A DNA stretch of 53,671 nt from a virus (lineage: Duplodnaviria; Caudoviricetes), in IMG/VR virus record IMGVR_UViG_3300045911_000047, positions 1 through 53,671 of that record; one strand, 5' to 3'. The translations under genes were made by a program, and so were the position numbers. Every line of letters starts with the position of its first letter. The first letter of the stretch is position 1. Below are positions 47,305 to 53,671 of this stretch, piece after piece. Under the pieces are notes generated by a model. That model saw only the letters and a list, made by a program, of their open reading frames with translations. It made no database searches and was not told where the DNA came from.

Positions 47305-49735
47305 ACTCTGCTGGTCGTTCCCCTGCTAGACGTTCTACCTCATTTTTTAACTGGTTGGTAGACATTTGTTCAAGCTGATTCTTCTGGGATTTGACTTGTA
47401 CATCCCCTTGAGCTTTTTGAGATTTGACTTGAGCATCTAGCTCTACAGCTAGACGCTTAATCTCAGCGTCTTTTTCAACCTTAGCCCTAGCAATCTCAGC
47501 CCTTGCCTCACTTTGTTGTTTACCACGATCAATCTTAGCTTGAGCCTCTCGTTCTTTTCTAGCTAATTCTGCTTGCAACATCATATTCTTTCTTTGCTCT
47601 TCATTCATTGCGGACTCAGTAGCAGCCTCCTCTTCTTGACGTTTACGCACAGCCGCCTCAGCCATCTTAGCAGCAAGAACCCTATTATTCCGAGCAAATC
47701 TAGTTATCTCTTTCCAAGCTGGATCAAATCCTGCAAGGAACTGCTTGGAGAATATTGATTGACTGTAGATCTGCAAATGCTCCTCAACATGAGGAATCAC
47801 TTGGGCAAATATCTTATCTCCATCTAATGGGGTCATTTGTTGTTGCTTAATAGCCCCAATTACTTCATTTAACAACGCTGCATGTGTAGAGATGTGCGCT
47901 TGATGCACATTAGATGGGGATACAACGGCGGACTCACCCATACGCATTACACTATTTTCTACAGCAGCTAGGGATGCTCCTTCTCCCTCATCTTCAGAGT
48001 TATCTGATTCAATGAAAGTATCTACGTACTCTGGGCCCATAACAGCACGAACCCACTGACGCTGATATTCTTTTGCGCCTTTTTCACTAAAATTAGGTGC
48101 AACAGGGGCTAAGGCTTCTAATCCAGCAATAAGTGCAGCAGTAGAGCCGTCACCAGCAACACGAGTAGCTGCAACATTAATATGACTTGGTAACTCATGT
48201 CTCTTAGCTCCTTTTAAATCAAACAATTCTTCTGGAACCCCGTCTGCTATACAAAGAGATTTCCATTTACTGACCGTTTCATGATTGGGGTATCCTTTCT
48301 TTGAATGAAGCATTTTGGTAACCATGTTCTGCAACAGTCTATCAAAGAAAGAGTAGAAATGTTGAATGTTGTTTTTCAACACACCAAACTCACGAAAGCT
48401 TCTCATCCTAGCTTCTGTAGGTGAAATACTTCCCTGATTACGATCTGCAAACGAAGGGTCATCCCCAGCATTTGCAGCATTAAAGTTAATCTTATTTAAA
48501 AGAAACTGTGATGTTCCGATTAGCTGAGAAATATTGGCTCCAAAGTTTGTTTGAACAAACTCCGCAGTTCCAATATTAGTTGGAGTTCCCGGGTACACTC
48601 GGATCTGTTCCATATCCTTTGAGGTTCCTTGAAGCGTCTTTAGGAATGGTGTGGATGTAATCTTAGCCATGTCCACAGTGGCACAGTCTATTTGCATCAT
48701 AGCTTGACAAGCTGAGAATATCTTATGCCCTACTCCACGATTTGAGTGGATGAGAAACTCTCCCGGGGATGCGGTAAAGATAATAAGGGCTTCCTCAAAA
48801 GAATTATATTGACGGTCGACAAAGTACAAGAAAGAGCCATTATCGAAATAACGATCAAACATATAATGAGAAATCTTTCCATCATACTCACGATAATACA
48901 AAGAAATCAGCTTGAATGAGTCAGAGAAAAACGCCTCAAACACCTGACCTCCAGATTGCAATTGCTGTTGAAGCTCCATCATATCTTGGTATTGCTTATC
49001 AGGTTTTACATAGCTATTAGCATAGAATAAAAGTAACTTAGCTAATGCGTCACAGTCCCAAGGAGAATTTGGATCATCTTTATAGGTCTCATAGACTTCC
49101 ATCAGATATTGAGCTGTATACATAGACTCAATACAAAGATTAGTTATCAGCTCTGTATCTGTTGATGTCTGGGGAGGTAGGAAAAATCTTTGAACCTCAA
49201 TAGTACGCCATTTCCAATCTAGCTCGTCATACCAGAACACAGGGGATATACCGAACTTCACAATCTGAGCTATTAGGGTATTAACTGCGGTGCGGAATGA
49301 AGGCCAATCTTCGTTTACTACCTGCCACCAACGATCACTCATAATCCTAGAGAACCTAGTAGCATCTGGAGTTCCTGGAAGATTAAAAGAAATATTTATA
49401 ATACACTCTGCATTGTGAAGAAGGCTCCAATATGCAAGAGCTGCTCTTTCATACAACGCACGACCATCAAGAGAATTAAAATTAGCGATATGGGAAAGAC
49501 CATTCTTTTGTAATTCAACTGGATCATAGGGAGGGTTTCCTGCAATCAAGCCCTCAATCTGGGAATATAGAAGTATCCGCTTTAGATGGTCACGACGATA
49601 TATCTCATACAAAGATCTTGCGGCTTGGGTAGTGGTGATAATGTTCTTTGGAGGTTTGATACTTCCATTATCGGTAGCAGTAATCATCCCACGAATAGGG
49701 GTAGAGGACATTCCAGGGGGATTATAAGTGCTCAT
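47291..49735 (-). CDS. portal protein
   Basis: 814 aa with a long C-terminal coiled coil (barrel-like); lies between terminase and scaffold. Confidence 0.75.
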   Translation of the reverse strand: MSTYNPPGMSSTPIRGMITATDNGSIKPPKNIITTTQAARSLYEIYRRDHLKRILLYSQIEGLIAGNPPYDPVELQKNGLSHIANFNSLDGRALYERAALAYWSLLHNAECIINISFNLPGTPDATRFSRIMSDRWWQVVNEDWPSFRTAVNTLIAQIVKFGISPVFWYDELDWKWRTIEVQRFFLPPQTSTDTELITNLCIESMYTAQYLMEVYETYKDDPNSPWDCDALAKLLLFYANSYVKPDKQYQDMMELQQQLQSGGQVFEAFFSDSFKLISLYYREYDGKISHYMFDRYFDNGSFLYFVDRQYNSFEEALIIFTASPGEFLIHSNRGVGHKIFSACQAMMQIDCATVDMAKITSTPFLKTLQGTSKDMEQIRVYPGTPTNIGTAEFVQTNFGANISQLIGTSQFLLNKINFNAANAGDDPSFADRNQGSISPTEARMRSFREFGVLKNNIQHFYSFFDRLLQNMVTKMLHSKKGYPNHETVSKWKSLCIADGVPEELFDLKGAKRHELPSHINVAATRVAGDGSTAALIAGLEALAPVAPNFSEKGAKEYQRQWVRAVMGPEYVDTFIESDNSEDEGEGASLAAVENSVMRMGESAVVSPSNVHQAHISTHAALLNEVIGAIKQQQMTPLDGDKIFAQVIPHVEEHLQIYSQSIFSKQFLAGFDPAWKEITRFARNNRVLAAKMAEAAVRKRQEEEAATESAMNEEQRKNMMLQAELARKEREAQAKIDRGKQQSEARAEIARAKVEKDAEIKRLAVELDAQVKSQKAQGDVQVKSQKNQLEQMSTNQLKNEVERLAGERPAEYDFE

Positions 49736-50298
49736 TTAACCTTTGCCCAACAAAAATCAGGAAACTTATCATTATATTGTTTATCTTTTGTAACATTTCC
49801 ATTCCATATCTTAACACGAAGGGGGCATGTGCAAACAGCACAAGTCCCTAGGCGCTCGTCTACCTCGGTAGAACGGCCTCCAAGAGAATGGTACGCTATC
49901 TCATTTGACCACTTTTCAAAGGCATTACGATCCTCTGGGAAGGTATTGTTTGGACAGGATAGGCAAATCTCGGCTCTCCTCATAGCCACTTCCTTTGTTG
50001 CATATGAGTTAAAGGCCATATTCCATAGGAGAGTTATTCCTCCTTTTAGATATCCCATAAGCCCTCTTGGAGGGGTGTAAGGCACGCAATTACCTCGATT
50101 CTCAGGCAAGGTGCAAAGATAGTTTTCTATTACGTCTGGTAGATTTTCAATCTCTTCTAGATTATTTTGTTTTCTATAATTTCGAACCTTCATCTCAAGT
50201 TCTAATCTTGTCTTTGCATGGAATAAATGCTGGGTGTCAGGATCTATAAATTTTAATTTACGAGGGCCTACAAACGGTTTAAACTTATAAAGAATCAT
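49732..50298 (-). CDS. Cys-rich putative metal-binding protein
   Basis: RRAEICLSCP, CAVCTCP, FCW; likely start is MILYKF at 50298. Confidence 0.7.
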   Translation of the reverse strand: MILYKFKPFVGPRKLKFIDPDTQHLFHAKTRLELEMKVRNYRKQNNLEEIENLPDVIENYLCTLPENRGNCVPYTPPRGLMGYLKGGITLLWNMAFNSYATKEVAMRRAEICLSCPNNTFPEDRNAFEKWSNEIAYHSLGGRSTEVDERLGTCAVCTCPLRVKIWNGNVTKDKQYNDKFPDFCWAKVK

Positions 50299-52171
50299 GT
50301 CAATTCTCATTGAAAAAGAAGGGTGGGAAGAAATAGAGGAAGACGATAAAAGATATATTATCGCTTATGGCCAAAAGTTCCCCTATTGTCACCCTCTTAG
50401 TATTCACCTAAAACTTTACAAAGAAAATACAAATCCTGTCCAGAAGTTATTTCACTTAAAGAGTGCTCATGACTACCTTTGGCCAGACACTATATGGCAT
50501 TATTGGACAGAAGAGAGATTCCGTGCACATTGTGAGGGTAGGAATTATATAGTTCTTGCTGGGGGTGCTAGTACTGGAAAAAGCTTTTCTGCGGCACAGC
50601 TAGCGTTATTATTCTGGCTTGCATCCCCTCAAACAAGAGCGGTGATCGTAGCAAGCACAACATTAGAGAGTTTAAATAGCAGGATATGGGGGTACGTTAT
50701 AAGCCTATTAAAAACAGCCAAGATCAGGCTCCCTGTGATATATACAAAATCCCCAAATCAAAAAATTCTTTACGATGATGGTCAAAAGAAACAGGGGAAC
50801 CTTAGAGATACAATCCATGGAATGTTCGCAATCGCGGCTAAGAAAGGAGATGATGATGAGGCTATAAGCTCTTGGATTGGTCGACACCCAAAGGAAGGTT
50901 TGATGCTGGTACTCGATGAGGCAACCGATATGCCTCTTAGTATCATGAAAGCGTTACCTAACTTAGAAGCAAAATCAGACATATTTCAATGTATTGCAAT
51001 AGGAAACAGCCTTAGTAGATTTGACCTACATGGCACCTTGGCTACCCCTAAAGCTGGTTGGGATTCCATAGACCCAATGAAAGATAAGCAGTGGGAAACT
51101 ACACAAAGGAACGGAATCTGTCTTTTCTCTAGTTGTTACGATAGTCCAGCAATTCATGAGACAGACCCAGAAAGAAAGAAGAAGTTAAGTAAGTTCCTAG
51201 TTACACAAGAAGAAATAGAAGCAAAGAAAAAAGAGTTTGGAGAAGATTCTGATTCTTTCTTTCGATTTGTGCTTGGATTTTGGCGCAAAACATCCTCTGT
51301 TGAGGTTGTCATAGATCCTGATTACATAGACCGTTTTAGGGTACGAGAGGGTGTTTATTGGAGCGGTCTATACCCTTTAACATTGATTGGTGGGCTAGAT
51401 CCAAGCTTTAGTAGTGGTGGAGACGATTGCATACTCAGATTAGCCTATCTAGGAGTTGCTTCTAACGGGAAAGTGGTATTGGACTATCAAGGAGATAGAT
51501 TCCTATACAGGATACCAATCATAGCAAGTAGCCCGAAAGCACCTGAATTGCAGATTATCGATAGTGTCATAGATATAATGCGAGCTGAGGGGCTAGACAT
51601 TCGCTACCTTGCTATAGATTCCTCTGGGGCAGGGCGTATGCTAGGGGAGACCTTAAAACTTCGATTAGGGACTAATTACACGCCAGTAAAGATACTTACT
51701 GGTTACTATGGGGGAAAAGTCAAACAGCATGATCATGAGTGGGTTACAAAAGATGCTTATAATCTTTGGACTGATTTTCGTCCGTTCATAGAGCGAGAGC
51801 AAATTAAAGGACTTGATAGTACATCAATATTTCAACTAACCCATAGACTTACTTTTGTTAATGTAAAGACAGGTAAGATGACCTTGGAGTTAAAGCACGA
51901 ATACAAACGACGTATTGGGGCTATAATCAGAAACCAAGCAAAAAGCCCAGATGAAGCTGATGCTGCTGCGTTGACGTTACAAGCAGCTATATTAAGGGCA
52001 GGGTTTGTCCCAGGAGCTACGATGAACATTAATGTTGACCTAGATTGGATGCAACAAAAGTTAGCTGCATTAAAGCCACAAGAATCTGAGAAAAAAGTTG
52101 AGAAACCAGAGCTAAAAGCAACCTTTACTGGAGATATTCACGACCTGAATTTTCGGAGGTTTTTCTGGTAA
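50297..52171 (+). CDS. terL: terminase large subunit (opposite strand to all neighbours)
   Basis: Walker A GGASTGKS, Walker B VLDEA, IGNS, nuclease GLDPS..G.D, IDSSGAG, SPDEADA. Confidence 0.92.
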   Translation: MSILIEKEGWEEIEEDDKRYIIAYGQKFPYCHPLSIHLKLYKENTNPVQKLFHLKSAHDYLWPDTIWHYWTEERFRAHCEGRNYIVLAGGASTGKSFSAAQLALLFWLASPQTRAVIVASTTLESLNSRIWGYVISLLKTAKIRLPVIYTKSPNQKILYDDGQKKQGNLRDTIHGMFAIAAKKGDDDEAISSWIGRHPKEGLMLVLDEATDMPLSIMKALPNLEAKSDIFQCIAIGNSLSRFDLHGTLATPKAGWDSIDPMKDKQWETTQRNGICLFSSCYDSPAIHETDPERKKKLSKFLVTQEEIEAKKKEFGEDSDSFFRFVLGFWRKTSSVEVVIDPDYIDRFRVREGVYWSGLYPLTLIGGLDPSFSSGGDDCILRLAYLGVASNGKVVLDYQGDRFLYRIPIIASSPKAPELQIIDSVIDIMRAEGLDIRYLAIDSSGAGRMLGETLKLRLGTNYTPVKILTGYYGGKVKQHDHEWVTKDAYNLWTDFRPFIEREQIKGLDSTSIFQLTHRLTFVNVKTGKMTLELKHEYKRRIGAIIRNQAKSPDEADAAALTLQAAILRAGFVPGATMNINVDLDWMQQKLAALKPQESEKKVEKPELKATFTGDIHDLNFRRFFW

Positions 52172-52421
52172 GTTGATGACGTATCAAAGCTTTCCATTCT
52201 TTCTTTGCATGTTTTAACAAAGCATCTGGATGGATATAGAGGGTATTGTTGTGAATGAATCCGTAGGTCTTAGGGATTTTATTTAATGTCTCCAAGTTTC
52301 CTGCAAACAAAAGATAGTTAGTTATATACTTAGAGATTGGGTATGATCTTAGATTGTACTTTTCTTCTAAGATGTGTTTAAGAGAATCCGCATCTAGATA
52401 TTTAGAACGTAGAACTTTCAT
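52125..52421 (-). CDS. hypothetical protein
   Basis: ATGA-coupled to the upstream gene; its 3' end overlaps terL tail-to-tail. Confidence 0.65.
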   Translation of the reverse strand: MKVLRSKYLDADSLKHILEEKYNLRSYPISKYITNYLLFAGNLETLNKIPKTYGFIHNNTLYIHPDALLKHAKKEWKALIRHQLTRKTSENSGREYLQ

Positions 52422-52714
52422 AGGATTTCAAACGGAAGTTCATCTAGCTTCTTCTCTGGAATCCTATTTAGGTCTGAATAGGAAGCGGGTTTAATTAAAA
52501 GATCACGACGTTTTTGTACAACATCCATCGTAGTGCGAGCCATCTCACAAACATGACGCACTGATTTCACTTGTCCCCAAGTATGATAAAGAGCTTTTAA
52601 AACAGAATTAGCTATGGCTACGTCTTCTTCTACGATCTGTTTTAAAGTTGAATCTGCTGTTAACTCTGCATACGGAGTTGGAGGCATCGATGGAGCGTTA
52701 AAATCTTTTGACAT
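52418..52714 (-). CDS. hypothetical protein (terminase small subunit candidate by position only)
   Basis: First gene of the late strand, next to the non-coding region. Confidence 0.6.
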   Translation of the reverse strand: MSKDFNAPSMPPTPYAELTADSTLKQIVEEDVAIANSVLKALYHTWGQVKSVRHVCEMARTTMDVVQKRRDLLIKPASYSDLNRIPEKKLDELPFEIL

Positions 52715-52827
52715 ATAATTAAATTAACACAGAGTTAATATGTTCGGATAGAGGCGATAAGTGTAAGGGGGAATTGTTGTTTAAATAAAATTGATAAAAA
52801 TTAGTTGCGGTAGGTATGTAGTGTATA

Positions 52828-52859
52828 GGGGGGCGCGCGCGCGCGCGCGTGCGTGCGTG
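52828..52859. repeat. G6 run followed by (GC)8 and GCGT units; 27-nt alternating purine-pyrimidine tract
   Basis: Seen directly. Confidence 0.9.
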
Positions 52860-53080
52860 AAGCGGAGAAATAATAGATTCCTTAAATTTCTCTAAGAAAG
52901 TCGCAATTCATATACAATGCTCCTAGTATCCTACTGCACTAGTTTTATACTTCTAGTTCAGTATAACATGTTGATATGATTAAATAGTTCACTAACATTC
53001 ATTATAGCCCAATAAAAACATAACCAATTCAATAAGTTAGCCGACAGCAAGTAAAAAAACTAGTTCAGTAAGCGTGTTAA

Positions 53081-53127
53081 AAAAAAGTGTAAAAAAGTGT
53101 AAAAAAGTGTAAAAAAGTGTAAAAAAA
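53081..53127 (+). repeat. phased A-tracts (AAAAAAGTGT)x4 plus A7
   Basis: Exact 10-bp period immediately upstream of TTGACA. Confidence 0.9.
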
Positions 53128-53130
53128 CTA

Positions 53131-53160
53131 TTGACAAGAGCAAGGAAATTAAATAATAGT
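53131..53160 (+). promoter_or_regulatory. early sigma70-type promoter
   Basis: TTGACA-17 nt-TAATAG(T). Confidence 0.65.
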
Positions 53161-53186
53161 ACGATTAGTCGAGAATGACTCGATTA

Positions 53187-53216
53187 AATAATAATAATAA
53201 TAATAATAATAATAAT
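53187..53216 (+). repeat. (AAT)10 in the leader before the GAGGAG RBS
   Basis: Seen directly; preceded by the hairpin TTAGTCGAG/CTCGATTAA. Confidence 0.9.
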
Positions 53217-53229
53217 TAGAGGAGAAAAC

Positions 53230-53634
53230 ATGGCAAAAACAAGACTATCAACAATTAAGATTGAACTACTACATCGAGACTATAATATCATTCGAGAGTA
53301 CTGTAATAATGATACCTATGATAGATTTCAATGGTTAGAATTCAGTAAAAACCACAATTACATCACTGCATACTGCTCGTACTCAGAGAAGCGTAAGTAT
53401 CCGCATATTCGAGAATTCGGGAGAATCTACTATTATAACACGCCATATAATTTAATTCGAATCCGATCAATTCCGTGTTTTAAATCATGGCAATGTATAC
53501 TCTCATTCGGAACGAATGAAATTAAATTTCTTCCCGACGGATCGGCTACGATATCTAGTATACAAGGATCATATACGCATATACCAAAAACCGATATAAA
53601 ACTCAATCCTGACCAAGTATGGCTACTTTGGTAG
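53230..53634 (+). CDS. hypothetical early protein, paralogue of 2233..2934
   Basis: GAGGAG RBS; shared GTN.I...DGSA motif. Confidence 0.8.
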   Translation: MAKTRLSTIKIELLHRDYNIIREYCNNDTYDRFQWLEFSKNHNYITAYCSYSEKRKYPHIREFGRIYYYNTPYNLIRIRSIPCFKSWQCILSFGTNEIKFLPDGSATISSIQGSYTHIPKTDIKLNPDQVWLLW

Positions 53635-53671
53635 GATTAAAGTAGGAGGAAAGAACATGAGGAAACTATAC

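Noticed and set aside
50297-52171. Inversion exactly at the terL CDS boundaries
   Set aside because: That flip leaves the downstream gene without a start codon (in-frame TGA shortly upstream); the TCAT/ATGA breakpoints restore both neighbours.
52418-52714. Firm terminase small subunit call
   Set aside because: Only position supports it; no recognisable motif.
53645-53671. Biological direct terminal repeat
   Set aside because: 27 nt cutting through an RBS and gene start is typical of assembler k-mer overlap, not a physical genome end.
1-53671. tRNA/rRNA genes, integrase, RNA polymerase, alternative genetic code, introns or inteins
   Set aside because: None recognised. Genes pack tightly under the standard code using all three stops, and PolA, TerL and the helicases have normal uninterrupted lengths.

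Overview
The window is an apparently complete, circularly assembled dsDNA tailed-phage genome of about 53,644 bp; the first and last 27 nt are identical. It looks podovirus-like: there is a portal, scaffold, capsid, tail tubular/stabilisation proteins and three large ejection-type proteins, but no tape measure, sheath, integrase, RNA polymerase or tRNA that I can see. Layout: (1) an early region (53230 across the join to 3117) with an amidoligase plus class II glutamine amidotransferase pair; (2) a non-coding region with nine TGCCACCAC iteron-like repeats; (3) a + strand replication module (SNF2 helicase, primase-SF3 helicase, Cas4-like nuclease, SSB, PolA with Leu at the 762 position); (4) three DNA methyltransferases, RuvC, two paralogous fibre-plus-small-gene pairs and two glycosyltransferases; (5) a long - strand morphogenesis operon with many Cys-rich proteins. 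The most unusual observations are these. The large terminase is the only + strand gene in the late operon, and a flip at TCAT/ATGA restores both neighbours. Two antisense adenine MTases sit as repeat-bounded cassettes with a chimeric junction. The C5 MTase is split over two nested reading frames. A predicted ~77-nt antisense RNA covers the primase start codon. A stand-alone copy of the primase C-terminal domain follows the primase. All product calls come from motif recognition by eye; no database searches were run.
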